A stretch of 64,000 nt of DNA from an uncultured Nitrospinota bacterium (GCA_963707985.1 CAVPRW010000005.1:64001-128000); one strand, 5' to 3'; shown: positions 46,049-57,144, counted from the first letter of the stretch. A program made the numbers and translations. Notes: a model not told the origin generated them from the letters alone.

Positions 46049-46852
46049 ATGCCGCGACTGACGCGCCGGGACTTTCTGCTGGGGGGAACGCTGCTGCTGT
46101 GCTGCGGTTGCTCGACCGTGCCCATCACCGGCCGCAGTCAGCTCATGTTGGTGAGCCAGGCAGAGGAGACGGCCCTGGGTGCGCAGGCCTACCGCGAGGT
46201 GCTGCAGAAGGAGCCGATTACCCGCGATCCGCGCTATACCGAGCCAGTGCAGCGCCTGGCGAGACGTCTGGAGGGTGCGGTAAATCGCCCTGACCTGCGC
46301 TGGGAAGTGAGTGTGATTAAAGAAGATAAGACTGTCAACGCCTTTGCCCTACCAGGCGGAAAAATCGGCGTCTACACCGGTATCTTCCCTGTGGCACAGA
46401 CGGAAGCTGGGCTGGCTATCATCATGGGACATGAGCTGGGGCACGTCATTGCTCGCCATGGAGCGGAGCGGATGAGTCAACAGATGGGAGCCCAGCTACT
46501 AGGGACAGCGCTAGCCGTAGGCTTACAGGCGAGTCCATACGCCAATACCATCATGGCGGCCTATGGTCTGGGGGCCCAAGTAGGTGTCCTGTTGCCATAT
46601 AGCCGCCTGCAGGAATCCGAGGCCGATCGCATCGGGCTGGTGTTAGCGGCCAAAGCCGGTTATGACGCGCAGGCGGGCATCGGTGTGTGGCAACGCATGG
46701 CGAAGCTCTCGGGGCGGCGTCCCCCACCGTTTCTGTCGACCCATCCCACACCTGAGAGCCGGATCGAAGATATCAAGCAATTTCTCCCCCAGGCGATGGC
46801 GCAATTCAACTCTCAGGGTGATGACGGCGATACTTCCCTGCCGACAGTCTAA
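46049..46852 (+). CDS. M48 family metallopeptidase (lipoprotein)
   Basis: TRRDFL + LLCCGC signal, VNAFALPGG, HELGH, ESEAD, FLSTHP. Confidence 0.92.
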   Translation: MPRLTRRDFLLGGTLLLCCGCSTVPITGRSQLMLVSQAEETALGAQAYREVLQKEPITRDPRYTEPVQRLARRLEGAVNRPDLRWEVSVIKEDKTVNAFALPGGKIGVYTGIFPVAQTEAGLAIIMGHELGHVIARHGAERMSQQMGAQLLGTALAVGLQASPYANTIMAAYGLGAQVGVLLPYSRLQESEADRIGLVLAAKAGYDAQAGIGVWQRMAKLSGRRPPPFLSTHPTPESRIEDIKQFLPQAMAQFNSQGDDGDTSLPTV

Positions 46853-46923
46853 CAGGACGGAGGCGCGGGTGCTGAGCACGGAAGGAGCATGCATGACTCA
46901 GCCTGCACTTCTCAATACTCGCC

Positions 46924-47937
46924 TTAATGTCCCAGGCGTCGAGGCATGATAGGCTCGATGCCGATGCCAAACCAGCGATAGGCGTAACGCCGGATGGCAC
47001 CGCTCAGTCCGAAGGGCATGAAGAGCATGGTGAGCACCATGATGACCCCGTACACCAGGGCCTGCCATACGTCCAACCCGGCCAGCAATTCGGGCAGGAT
47101 GATCAAGAAGCCGGCCCCCAGGACCGACCCGAGCAGCGAGGCCAGTCCTCCCAGGATGATGATGGTGATGAACTGGATGGACAGAAAAAAGCTGAACTCC
47201 TGCGGATCGAGGAATCCTACCAAAAAGGCGCTGAATGCGCCGGCAAGGCCTGTATACAAGGCGCTGATGGCGAAGGCGATGGTTTTGTACTGGGCTAGAT
47301 GAACGCCCATGGCTTCAGCTGCCCTTTCGTTCTCGCGAATCGCGAGAAAGGCCCGCCCCGTCCGCCCCCGCACCAGATTTCGCGTCAGGATCAGCATGAC
47401 GAAGGTCACGCCTAACAATAGATAGTACTTACGGTAATCTGAATCGAAGCTAAACCCCAGGATCGATGCCGTCGGCACCGACATACCCTCCGAGCCATGC
47501 GTGATGACGGAGAGCTGGAGCAACATTTCTTGCACGATGAGGGTGAATCCGAGTGTGGCCATCGCCAGATAGAGGCCGCTCAGCCGCAGACAGGGCAATC
47601 CCAACAGGTAACCCACGAGCGCGGTGAACAAGGTGGACACGGTGACGCAGATCACGAAGGGCCATTGGAGCGATTCGGCCAGGACCGCCGCGGTGTATGC
47701 GCCGATCGCGAAAAACGCCGCGTGGCCGAGAGAGACCTGCCCTGCATAGCCGGTTAACAGATTCAGGCCGAGCGCCACCAGAATATAGACGAATAGGCGT
47801 GCCCCGATATAGATGACATAGTTGTCCACGAAATTTGGTAGGATCAACAGTGCCATACCCGTCGCCACCAACAGGAGCGCCTGTAGCGCTACGCCCGTTT
47901 TTCGACGGTCCCACGGTCCTTTCAAGGCTTTCCCCAC
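46924..47937 (-). CDS. Branched-chain amino acid-type ABC permease (LivM-like)
   Basis: GYAGQVSLGHAAF, AIRENE.AA. Confidence 0.92.
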   Translation of the reverse strand: MGKALKGPWDRRKTGVALQALLLVATGMALLILPNFVDNYVIYIGARLFVYILVALGLNLLTGYAGQVSLGHAAFFAIGAYTAAVLAESLQWPFVICVTVSTLFTALVGYLLGLPCLRLSGLYLAMATLGFTLIVQEMLLQLSVITHGSEGMSVPTASILGFSFDSDYRKYYLLLGVTFVMLILTRNLVRGRTGRAFLAIRENERAAEAMGVHLAQYKTIAFAISALYTGLAGAFSAFLVGFLDPQEFSFFLSIQFITIIILGGLASLLGSVLGAGFLIILPELLAGLDVWQALVYGVIMVLTMLFMPFGLSGAIRRYAYRWFGIGIEPIMPRRLGH

Positions 47938-47941
47938 CCGT

Positions 47942-48826
47942 TCAAACTTTCTTCATTGCCGCAACGCCAAACAAACCACTAGGTCTGACGATCAACACCA
48001 GAATGAGCAAGATGTAAGTGGACACTTGCTTGATCCCAGCATTGAAAAAATATCCCGAGAGGTTTTCCAGAACGCCCAGCAGCATCCCTCCGATAATGGC
48101 GCCGGGAATACTGCCAAATCCCCCCAGGATCGCCCCTGCAAAGGCTTTGACACCAATGGTGCCAAGGTTGGGGTCCAGATAGATGATCGGCGCGATGAGC
48201 ACACCAGCGATGCCGCCGATCCCGGCACTGATCGCCCAGGTTAGCGAGAAGATCTGCTTGACGCTCACGCCCATGAGCTGGGCGGCGGTCTGGCTTTGCG
48301 CTGTGGCACGCATCGCCATGCCGATCTTGGTCCATTTGAAAAACAGATACAGGGCCAGCATGATGACGATGGAGCACCCAATCACCCCCACGTCCATGAA
48401 GGTGAAGTTGAGGATACCAAGCCGGATGGGATCTTTGGAGAAGATCGTTGGCAGCGGCAGCACATCATAACCATAGACGATGCCCGCGGTCGAGCGCATA
48501 ACCGTCGAAACCCCGATGGTGGCAATGACGATGCTGAAAATGGGGGCGGACATGATCGGACGGACCACCACCCGCTCCAGCACTACCCCCATGACACCCG
48601 ACAGCAGAATGGTGAGCAAGAACACCAACCAGTATGGCATCCCATAACGGATCAGCAGCGTATAGCTGATAAAACCGCTGGCCATGACGAACTCGCCCTG
48701 GGCGAAGTTCACCACGTCGGTGGCCTTATAGATCAAGACAAATCCTAGGGCAACCAGGGCATACACACAGCCGGTCGCCAGTCCGCTCACCACCTGACTG
48801 GCCAAAATCTCTACCATAGGGGGCAA
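47942..48826 (-). CDS. Branched-chain amino acid-type ABC permease (LivH-like)
   Basis: YALVALG, VNFAQGE, ILGGFGS. Confidence 0.92.
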   Translation of the reverse strand: MPPMVEILASQVVSGLATGCVYALVALGFVLIYKATDVVNFAQGEFVMASGFISYTLLIRYGMPYWLVFLLTILLSGVMGVVLERVVVRPIMSAPIFSIVIATIGVSTVMRSTAGIVYGYDVLPLPTIFSKDPIRLGILNFTFMDVGVIGCSIVIMLALYLFFKWTKIGMAMRATAQSQTAAQLMGVSVKQIFSLTWAISAGIGGIAGVLIAPIIYLDPNLGTIGVKAFAGAILGGFGSIPGAIIGGMLLGVLENLSGYFFNAGIKQVSTYILLILVLIVRPSGLFGVAAMKKV

Positions 48827-48848
48827 TCTCCACGCCGACGATGCGCTG

Positions 48849-50045
48849 TTAGCGCCGTCCGCCCTCTTCGAGTTCCATCCAGTCGCTCATTTTCACCCAC
48901 CGACCATCTTGCACCACGACGAGACGTGCGGCTCGGCTCATGACTCGGCGGTCATCGCCGCCATAGCTATACTTCAGGCCCCAACCAGGGTCCCAATCTT
49001 TGATCGTGGTGATAGCCTGCAACAACGCCTCACGGGTGAGGTCGCGCCCGGTGCGCTGTATGGCTTCCACGAAGAGCGCAGCTTTCTGATAGCCATAGAG
49101 ATTTGTCATATCCAGGGGCAAGTGTGGAAAATACTTCTGCATATCGTCGCGATACTGATCCAGGAAGGGACCAGGATCGGTCGGCGACGGCCACACTTCG
49201 ACCCCAATGACCTTCTCGACATGCTTGCCGCCCAATTCAATCGTCTTGTCCAGTACGATTGGCGATGGGCCAATGAACAAGGGGTTGTAGCCCATGGCAT
49301 GACACTGCTCCGCCAACCGTGGAGGCTCGCGGTAGACCGCCTGCAGGATAACGGCCTCGGCGCCCGACTCTTTGAGCTTCGCCGCCTGCGAGCTAAAGTC
49401 GATGTCGGCGCGTTTGTAATCCACCTCAGCACTATACTCGAGCCCATAGTGCTTCAGGCGCGCTTTGCCAGCAAGGTGGCCGTCGAGACCGTACTCGTCG
49501 TCCTGATAGAAGCTGGCAATCTTGCTGAGCTTGCGTTCCTTCACGAGGTGATCGACGATCAGCCAGGTTTGATCAGCATAGGTGGCCACATCTCCCACAT
49601 GCCATTTGCCGGAGGTCGCCCAGAGACTGGCCAGGGTGGCGGGGAAGATGTTCGGGACCTTTTGCTCTTCGAGATAGCCCATAATGGCCTTGGTGGTCGG
49701 TGTACCCAGATGTCCCATCATGATAAACACTTTATCGCGTTCGACGAGGCGCTTGGCATTGGCCACCGCTTTCGGCGGTTGATAGACGTGGTCGTAGGTA
49801 ATGAGTTTAATTTTACGGCCGTGGACCCCCCCGGCTTCGTTGATCCGATTAAACAGCGCCTCCATGCCAGCTTTGATATTCACGCCCCAATTCGCCACCG
49901 CCCCGGTCAGATCGACGCCAGCGCCAACGACAATCTCCGTAGCGGTGACCCCGACTTCAGCTGCCCCAGCGGCCCACGGACCGCTCGTGAGGATGAGGAC
50001 TATGAAGGCCGCTAGCACGGCCCAGCCATGGCAAATCGGCTGCAT
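48849..50045 (-). CDS. ABC transporter substrate-binding protein (LivJ-like)
   Basis: Signal peptide, INEAGGVHGRKI, YQDDEYG. Confidence 0.9.
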   Translation of the reverse strand: MQPICHGWAVLAAFIVLILTSGPWAAGAAEVGVTATEIVVGAGVDLTGAVANWGVNIKAGMEALFNRINEAGGVHGRKIKLITYDHVYQPPKAVANAKRLVERDKVFIMMGHLGTPTTKAIMGYLEEQKVPNIFPATLASLWATSGKWHVGDVATYADQTWLIVDHLVKERKLSKIASFYQDDEYGLDGHLAGKARLKHYGLEYSAEVDYKRADIDFSSQAAKLKESGAEAVILQAVYREPPRLAEQCHAMGYNPLFIGPSPIVLDKTIELGGKHVEKVIGVEVWPSPTDPGPFLDQYRDDMQKYFPHLPLDMTNLYGYQKAALFVEAIQRTGRDLTREALLQAITTIKDWDPGWGLKYSYGGDDRRVMSRAARLVVVQDGRWVKMSDWMELEEGGRR

Positions 50046-50075
50046 TCCAGGCCTCCTTCCGCGCTCGTTATCGCG

Positions 50076-50828
50076 CTAGTACCCTAGATAGAGGCGACGC
50101 ACATGGTCGTTGCGCAGGAGTTGTTGGCTCTCACCTTCCAGGGCAATTTTCCCAGTTTCCAGGACGTAGCCGTAATCGGCAATGGACAACGCTTTGTTGG
50201 CATTTTGCTCGACGAGCAGGACGGTGGCGCCACCTGCTCGGATGTCGTGAATGATGCGGAAAATCTCCTCCACCAATTTGGGCGCCAGCCCCAACGAGGG
50301 CTCGTCGAGGAGAATGAGCCTGGGCCGTGCCATCAGCGCGCGACCAATGGCCAGCATCTGTTGCTCCCCACCGCTCAGGGTGCCCGCGAACTGTGAACGA
50401 CGCTCAGCAAGAATCGAGAAATGCGTGTAGACTCGTTCTAAGCTCTGCTGCACTTCGCCGGGATCACGCCGGGTGAAGGCCCCCATCTTGAGATTTTCCA
50501 GGACGGTCAGTTCGGGAAATAGTTCGCGACCTTCGGGGACGTGGGCAATACCCATGCGGACAACCTGCTCAGCGGGGCGACCGAGGATTGAATGCCCCAT
50601 GAAGTACATACTGCCGTGGGCCGGGGGAACAAGGCCAGAAATTGATTTGAGGGTAGTGGATTTGCCCGCCCCATTGGCCCCGAGAAGGGTGACGATCGAG
50701 CCTTCCGGGACCTCGAAGGAAATCCCTTTGAGCGCCTGAATGTTGCCGTAAAATGTTTCGATCCCTCGCACCGTGAGCAACGGTAGCCGGTGTGCGCCGT
50801 TGGCCTCTGACTCATGGCTGTTCTGCAC
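50076..50828 (-). CDS. ABC ATPase (LivF-like)
   Basis: GANGAGKST, LSGGEQQM, LDEPSLGLAP. Confidence 0.92.
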   Translation of the reverse strand: MQNSHESEANGAHRLPLLTVRGIETFYGNIQALKGISFEVPEGSIVTLLGANGAGKSTTLKSISGLVPPAHGSMYFMGHSILGRPAEQVVRMGIAHVPEGRELFPELTVLENLKMGAFTRRDPGEVQQSLERVYTHFSILAERRSQFAGTLSGGEQQMLAIGRALMARPRLILLDEPSLGLAPKLVEEIFRIIHDIRAGGATVLLVEQNANKALSIADYGYVLETGKIALEGESQQLLRNDHVRRLYLGY

Positions 50829-51630
50829 CGACAGTTTCTCCCAGATAAGCTTTGATGACCTCCTGGTCGTGTTGCACTTCAAACGGTGTCCCCTCGGCGA
50901 TCTTCTGGCCGAAGTTGAGCACGGTGATGGTATCACAAATACTCATCACCAGGCCCATGTCATGTTCGACCAGCAGGATCGTAAGCTTGAAGCGGTCACG
51001 GATGCTACGCAGTAATTGGGCGAGTTCGTGCGTTTCCGCGGTGTTCAAGCCAGCAGCAGGTTCGTCTAGCAGCAGAAGCGTCGGGTGCAGTCCCAGCGCC
51101 CGCCCAAGTTCCAGGCGCTTCTGCAAGCCCAGCGGGAGATTGCCTGCCGCGTGCCGTTGCAACGTCGCCAGGCCGAGGAAGTCTATAATCTCATGGGCGT
51201 TATCACGCCTCAGGCGCTCTTGCCGGTGGACAAAGGGGAGCGCTAACGCCTCGGCCAGCAGCCCCGTCTGCACCTGGCTGTGCATCGCTACCAGGATATT
51301 GTCGAGGACGCTCATACCACGGAAGAGTTGGACATTCTGAAAGGTACGGGCAATGCCGAGGCAGGCGATTTGGTCGGGGCGAAGGTGGGTGATGAGGCGA
51401 TCTTGAAAGAAGACACCACCATGAGTCGGCTGATAGAAACCTGTCACGCAGTTGAAAATCGTTGTCTTACCAGCGCCGTTGGGGCCGATGAGACCGTGAA
51501 TCTGTCCTGGTTGAACGGCGAAAGTGACACCATCGACGGCGCACAAACCACCAAAGTGAACGGAAATCTCCTCCACGGATAGATGGCTACGTGAAAAATC
51601 AGACGTTTTTATGGGTAGATGCGCGGTCAT
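50812..51630 (-). CDS. ABC ATPase (LivG-like)
   Basis: GPNGAGKTT, RTFQN, LDEPAAG, VEHDM. Confidence 0.92.
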   Translation of the reverse strand: MTAHLPIKTSDFSRSHLSVEEISVHFGGLCAVDGVTFAVQPGQIHGLIGPNGAGKTTIFNCVTGFYQPTHGGVFFQDRLITHLRPDQIACLGIARTFQNVQLFRGMSVLDNILVAMHSQVQTGLLAEALALPFVHRQERLRRDNAHEIIDFLGLATLQRHAAGNLPLGLQKRLELGRALGLHPTLLLLDEPAAGLNTAETHELAQLLRSIRDRFKLTILLVEHDMGLVMSICDTITVLNFGQKIAEGTPFEVQHDQEVIKAYLGETVGAEQP

Positions 51631-52354
51631 GGCGAGCCCCGGTGTCCATATAGATTCCGAGCTGGTAAATCGTCTTCTGGCGATCCTGTGGGGCGATGGT
51701 ATTGCACCGCTTGAACAGCTCAATACACCGATGTCCAGAGAGCGCCATGGGCTTTGTGTCGGTCGATGCCGGCCTATTGACGTCCGCCTTCATGTCTACC
51801 TGGCCTCACCGAAACTGTGCGATCACACCTCGACGCATGCCCGAATCATACGCCACCACTATGATTGGTTGCAACCACTTTGGCGCGACAGCTAACGGGC
51901 GGTCTAGCCCTTCTGGTGACAGTACCACATCGCGCTCGTTGTACTCCTTCTGAGAGTGTTTGCACAACGATAGATGGGAATCTCTGAAGTCGTTGATCTG
52001 AAATGAAACACATGGGAAAATTCTCTCTGATGTGGCATCAAGCTATTACGCCATTAAAAATCCATGAGTTGCAGAATTTGGGTGTATCGATTTGTGAACA
52101 CTCTCTTGATGAAAGGCTACCGGATCGTTGGAACGGGTGCCGTAGCGTACTCAGCATCAGGACTTGCCCCGCTAGTAGAAGGTCGAGTACACTCGACCTC
52201 ATGAATTTTCCTCGATACGCGCGTAAGTGGTAACCTTACGTGTCATCCAAGGGGGTTTCTCGGTGCCACTTTCAGGTCATCGGCTCCAGTCGTTGGATGG
52301 GCCTGGAAGTGCCGCTCCCGTCGGGGCTGTCATGGTGCATGAGGGGTAAGGCCG

Positions 52355-53527
52355 ATGCAGTTGCAGGGTGTTCGCGTGGTCGATCTGACCCGAATTCTCT
52401 CGGGACCATTCTGTTCGCTCCTGTTGGCAGATATGGGGGCTGAGGTGATCAAGGTCGAGCCGCCGGGTGGTGATCCCCTCCGTGGGCAAGGCGCGATCGT
52501 CGAAGGGCTGAGCTGGTACTTTGCCGCCTTCAATCGTAATAAACGCTCGATCGTCCTTAACCTCCGTCACGCATCAGGGAGGGCAGCGCTGCGGCGCCTG
52601 ATTGCCACTGCGGACGTGGTGGTCGAGAACTTTCGCCCCGGCGTCATGGCCGACTTGGACTTGGATTGGGCGCAATTGTCAAGCCTTCGCCCAGGGATCA
52701 TCCATACCAGCGTCACCGGATTCGGGGCACGAGGCCCCTATGCCGAGCGGCCTTCCTTTGACTTCATCGCTCAGGCGATGAGCGGCTTCATGAGTTGTAA
52801 CGGCACGCCGGAGACGGGTCCGATGCGTGCTGGCGCCCCCATCAGCGACCTCGTAGCCGGCCTGTATGCCGCGCTCGGCACCGTGGCGGCGTTGTATCGA
52901 CGGGTCCAGACCGGCCAAGGGGAACAGGTTGGCGTGGCCATGGTGGATAGTTTGTTGAGCCTAGGTGCCTTTCTGACCACCAACTTTTTCGCCACCGGCC
53001 AGCCACCCGTACCGACCGGGAACGATCATGCGCTTGTCGCACCCTACGGGTTGTTTACCGCCCAGGATGGCGAGCTCGCGATCGCGCCGAGTAACGACGG
53101 TGTGTATGCCAAGCTCCTCACTGCACTGGATCTCGAAACCTTACATGACCATGCCGAGTTTCGCACCAATGACCTCCGAGTGCAGCACCGTGCCGCCATC
53201 AATGCGCTCATCAATGCGCGTATCGCCCGGGCTCCTAAAGCCTACTGGATTGAGCAGTTGAATGCGGCTGGTGTGCCGTGCGGTGTGGTGATGAACCTGG
53301 CGGAGGTCTTTGCCGACCCTCAGGTGGCCTCGCAGGAGATGGTCCTGGCGATCCCACACCCTGGGCATGGGACCGTGAAGATGACCGGGTTCCCGCTCAA
53401 ATTTCGTGAAGCCCCGTGTACTGTACGGTATCCCGTACCGGAGTTGGGTGCGCATACCGCCAGCGTGCTGCGAACCTTGGGCTATAGTGATGCGGACATT
53501 AGCGACCAGTTTTCAGTTCCATTGTGA
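52355..53527 (+). CDS. CaiB/BaiF family III CoA-transferase
   Basis: LADMGAEVIKVE, NRNKRS, ENFRPG. Confidence 0.93.
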   Translation: MQLQGVRVVDLTRILSGPFCSLLLADMGAEVIKVEPPGGDPLRGQGAIVEGLSWYFAAFNRNKRSIVLNLRHASGRAALRRLIATADVVVENFRPGVMADLDLDWAQLSSLRPGIIHTSVTGFGARGPYAERPSFDFIAQAMSGFMSCNGTPETGPMRAGAPISDLVAGLYAALGTVAALYRRVQTGQGEQVGVAMVDSLLSLGAFLTTNFFATGQPPVPTGNDHALVAPYGLFTAQDGELAIAPSNDGVYAKLLTALDLETLHDHAEFRTNDLRVQHRAAINALINARIARAPKAYWIEQLNAAGVPCGVVMNLAEVFADPQVASQEMVLAIPHPGHGTVKMTGFPLKFREAPCTVRYPVPELGAHTASVLRTLGYSDADISDQFSVPL

Positions 53528-53631
53528 GGCAAACCGCTTTATCCTTGTACGCACACGCCACAGTGCAGCAATTCGGGAGTGACAACGGCTTCGACACGTG
53601 AATCCAATGCTGCGGCGAGGGGGGAGGGCTG

Positions 53632-54783
53632 ATGCGGCAACGCAATGCGGTGATCGTCAACGGCAACACCCTCAGACTGGGGCTCTTCGGCCCCAATTGT
53701 TCGAGCGGCAGAACCTATGCGATGCTTCCCGAGAGCTGGGATGCCAGTTGGGAGAACAACGTCCGGCTGGCACAATTGGCTGATGAGGTTGGGATCGAAT
53801 GCATGATCCCGATTGCGCGCTGGAAGGGTTACGAGGGCGAGTCGAACCCCAACGGCTCCAGTTTTGAATCCATCGCCTGGGCCTGTGGCTTATTGGCCTC
53901 GACTCGGCGCATCAATGTGTTCTGCACGGTCCACGTCCCTCTGCACCATCCCGTCGCCGCTGCTAAGCAGATGGCCACGGCGGATCACATCGGCCAGGGA
54001 CGCCTCGGTGTCAACATTGTCTGTGGCTGGAACGAGGACGAGTTCCAGATGTTCGGGGTGTCGCAACACGAGCACGACGAGCGCTATGCGCAAGGTGAAG
54101 AATGGTGGAGTATCGTCAAGCGCATCTGGGCCGGCGGAGAGTCGTTCGACTACACGGGGACGCACTATCGACTCCGCGGCGTGGAAGGATTGCCAAAGCC
54201 CTATGGCGCCGGAGATCCGCTGATGATGAACGCCGGCAGCTCACCAGCCGGCCGCCGGTTCGCCATCCGCCACTCGGATATGCATTTCGATGGAGTCGAC
54301 ACGCCTGAGGCGAGTATCGATCGCATCGCAGAGACGAAGCGACTAGCGCGTGAAAGTGGTCGAGCCATCCAGGTATGGACGCCCGTGGGCATCGTTTGCC
54401 GCCCGACCCAGCGGGATGCTGTTGAGTACGTGCAGTATGTTGTCGACCACGCCGACTGGGGAGCGATCGGATATCGGGTCGAGAGGCAAGCGCACGACGC
54501 ACGCTTGCGGACCGATGCTGAGGGCCTGCGACGACGTAGCGGGAATAACCATATTCAGGTTGAGCGGCGGGTCCTGGCGCGAGGGGGCTGCTGTGCGATC
54601 GGAGATCCGGACGCTGTTGCCCAGGAGCTCGCTCGTCTGCAATCCGTGGGCTTGGACGGTCTGGCGCTCAACTTCGTCGACTATCTCCAAGAGCTACCAT
54701 ATTTCGCCGCGGAAGTCCTGCCACGGGTAGAGCGGCTTGGGCTGCGCGCGGCCACCACTCGCCAACCAACCATATCGCGATAG
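53632..54783 (+). CDS. LLM-class flavin-dependent oxidoreductase
   Basis: PIARWKGY, AKQMAT.DHI..GR, NAGSSPAG. Confidence 0.9.
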   Translation: MRQRNAVIVNGNTLRLGLFGPNCSSGRTYAMLPESWDASWENNVRLAQLADEVGIECMIPIARWKGYEGESNPNGSSFESIAWACGLLASTRRINVFCTVHVPLHHPVAAAKQMATADHIGQGRLGVNIVCGWNEDEFQMFGVSQHEHDERYAQGEEWWSIVKRIWAGGESFDYTGTHYRLRGVEGLPKPYGAGDPLMMNAGSSPAGRRFAIRHSDMHFDGVDTPEASIDRIAETKRLARESGRAIQVWTPVGIVCRPTQRDAVEYVQYVVDHADWGAIGYRVERQAHDARLRTDAEGLRRRSGNNHIQVERRVLARGGCCAIGDPDAVAQELARLQSVGLDGLALNFVDYLQELPYFAAEVLPRVERLGLRAATTRQPTISR

Positions 54784-54797
54784 GGAGGAGCACACGC

Positions 54798-56036
54798 ATG
54801 GCACGTGGAAAGACGACCGTACGCGGGAGAGCACCTCTGGCACGGGATAGTCAGCAGTGGATGCTGGATTATCTGATCCAGGAGACCGGCAAAGTCTTCC
54901 ATTTCCAAGGAGACGGGCGAGGTCGCCTGCCTAGAAGCGTGCGCAGCCATGACATGATCAGCAAGCACCTGGGATTGCAGGCGCGTCGCATGGAAGCACT
55001 GGCGAAGTCTGAGGCAGCCGCCGGCCATCCAGAGACGGCGCTGGACTTCTACTTCCAGGCGACCGCGCTGTATGGCGGGGCCCAACATATCATCTTCGAG
55101 ACCAACGACGAGAAACGCTATTTGTATGCCGGCGTCCGCCGCTGTTATGACCAGGTGATCGCCCTGGCGCCCTACCGACTCGAGCACCTTGACATCCCCT
55201 GGAACGGGACGCTGGTCTCGGGTAACCTGCATCTCTGCCCCAATCGGACCTCCGCCCCGTTGGTCTTCTACCTCCCCGGCTGCGACAGCCTTAAGGAAGT
55301 CTGGCCGCATCCGTTCTTCAATGCTGCCCATCAGCGTGGCATGCACGTGTTCTCCTTCGACGGGCCGGGGCACCCGGAGAGCAATCTACGTGGCATCCGC
55401 CTGACGGCGGACAACTTTGAGGACGCCGCTAGCACCGTCTTGGACTACCTGCTGCAGCGGCCGGAGATCGACGCCACACAGATCGGTGTCTACAGCATCA
55501 GTCTCGCGGCATTCTGGGGCATGCGTTTCGCCGCCCGCGACCGGCGCATTCGCGCCATCGCCGCGCCCGCCGCCTCCATCGCGGAAAAGTACTTCCTCAT
55601 GGATCTGGAGTCGCCACGCTGGAAGCAGTTGTTTGCCTACACGACCCAGTCAAAAACCGAAGCGGAGTTGGATGCGGTGATAAGTGACATGACGCTCGAC
55701 GGCTACATGGCCCAAATCACCTGCCCGACACTGTTGGCGGTCGGCGAGTACGACCCGCGCGGCCCGATCGAGGAGATCTACCGGATGTTCGACCAGCTAA
55801 CAGCGCCGGCCGAGCTCTGGGTCTTCGCCGATCAGCACCACATGCCGTCGATTGGCGCGGGGGAGAGTAACACGAATTGGGCTGCCCCCTTGCATGGCGC
55901 CATGTGTGACTGGCTGCGCGACCGCCTTGCCGACAAGCCGTTGCGCCATCCGGGTCAGGTGGTATACGTCGAGCCTAACAGTGGTGGGCCGAACAGCGCG
56001 ACGGTGGCGCTCAAGCGCAGGTGGTATGAAGCCTAG
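54798..56036 (+). CDS. Alpha/beta hydrolase (FrsA / dihydroxypseudooxynicotine hydrolase-like)
   Basis: PGCDSLKE, FDGPG, RPEID, YSISL nucleophile elbow, GEYD. Confidence 0.8.
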   Translation: MARGKTTVRGRAPLARDSQQWMLDYLIQETGKVFHFQGDGRGRLPRSVRSHDMISKHLGLQARRMEALAKSEAAAGHPETALDFYFQATALYGGAQHIIFETNDEKRYLYAGVRRCYDQVIALAPYRLEHLDIPWNGTLVSGNLHLCPNRTSAPLVFYLPGCDSLKEVWPHPFFNAAHQRGMHVFSFDGPGHPESNLRGIRLTADNFEDAASTVLDYLLQRPEIDATQIGVYSISLAAFWGMRFAARDRRIRAIAAPAASIAEKYFLMDLESPRWKQLFAYTTQSKTEAELDAVISDMTLDGYMAQITCPTLLAVGEYDPRGPIEEIYRMFDQLTAPAELWVFADQHHMPSIGAGESNTNWAAPLHGAMCDWLRDRLADKPLRHPGQVVYVEPNSGGPNSATVALKRRWYEA

Positions 56037-56297
56037 CTCATACGACCGGCAAGCCATGGCCATGCCGGCAGTTCCCATACCGTACACGATACCGAGGGCA
56101 TGGCGTCGATGCGACAGTCTGCTGCCATGCCACCGCCCGTGGTATCGACAGGGCACCATAAACGTGCCGTCGAGGCTGGGTAGGCTTGTGTTCGGTCGAT
56201 CAGCTGCCGCAGGACCAAAGTTGGGGGCTACTCTAGGCACGGCCGTGCTGTTGTGATACTGTGTGCCGCAGGGGATAGGGGCTGGATGTGCTGATTT

Positions 56298-56831
56298 TCA
56301 CGCTGAGCGTTCAACTGCGGGAGGTTCCAACAACCACAACACCCTGTGCTCTTCGTCGACATAGGTATCGCCGACTTTGAGCGCATGTCGCTCATACCCA
56401 TATACCTCGAAACCCAAAGCGCTGTAGAGTCGGCGCGCGGCTTCCTGTCGGACCGATACGCTCAGCTTGACTTGCTCAAGACCAGGATAGCCGCGCACCC
56501 GATCTAACATTTGCGTCAGCATGGCTTTTGCCACCCCTTGGCCTCGCGCTGTGGCGGTCACATACACCCCCCAGATACTGCCTTTGTGGTGTTCTTTGCG
56601 TACTTCATACCGGATGAAGCCGGCCTGACCGACCATCTGACTGCCTTCGAAAGCCCCAACCAGGAAGTTACCCTCCGGCACAGCGCGTAATCGGGATCCC
56701 ACACTGTCGGGCGGCCATGCGGGTGGATCTTCCGGCGCACGTCCAAAGGCATAGGGCTCGCGTGTTAAGGCCTCGTGGCGAAGCCGCACAAATTCGTCAA
56801 CGTCGTGCTCAGTCAGAAGACGGATTTCCAT
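56298..56831 (-). CDS. GNAT family N-acetyltransferase
   Basis: WGVYV...RGQGVA, LYSALGF. Confidence 0.88.
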   Translation of the reverse strand: MEIRLLTEHDVDEFVRLRHEALTREPYAFGRAPEDPPAWPPDSVGSRLRAVPEGNFLVGAFEGSQMVGQAGFIRYEVRKEHHKGSIWGVYVTATARGQGVAKAMLTQMLDRVRGYPGLEQVKLSVSVRQEAARRLYSALGFEVYGYERHALKVGDTYVDEEHRVLWLLEPPAVERSA

Positions 56832-57144
56832 CGCCCAGCTCGTACGGTATAGGCGGCTGATCCACGTGTTCATGCCCATTGGCCATCTGTCCAGCCGCAA
56901 CAAGCGCGAGCGCGAGCAGGTGTTGTCCATGACGGGTCGCGTGCAGTCGGCACGCCGCACGGGCCAGGGCGAGCGCCTGCGCCGGACGATCGCCGGCACA
57001 CAGTGCGGCCCGTGCGGCCTCACGCAGCTCCCAGGCTTTCGCCGCAACGCGCATGATCACACTCAAATCGCTCCCACAGCGCGGGCATATGGTCACGCCG
57101 CGCCATGGGGTCCGGCAGGTTGGACAGCGGAGTGCCTCACTCAT
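56809..57144 (-). CDS. Zinc-ribbon + TPR-like small protein
   Basis: CPTC...CPRCGSDL then an Ala-rich helical region; ATGA overlap with Hsp70. Confidence 0.65.
   Translation of the reverse strand: MSEALRCPTCRTPWRGVTICPRCGSDLSVIMRVAAKAWELREAARAALCAGDRPAQALALARAACRLHATRHGQHLLALALVAAGQMANGHEHVDQPPIPYELGDGNPSSD

Noticed and set aside
48909..50015. 368-aa plus-strand ORF
   Set aside because: Antisense to the substrate-binding protein gene.
51599..52340. Short ORFs between the ABC operon and the CoA-transferase
   Set aside because: No motifs; more plausibly a divergent promoter region.
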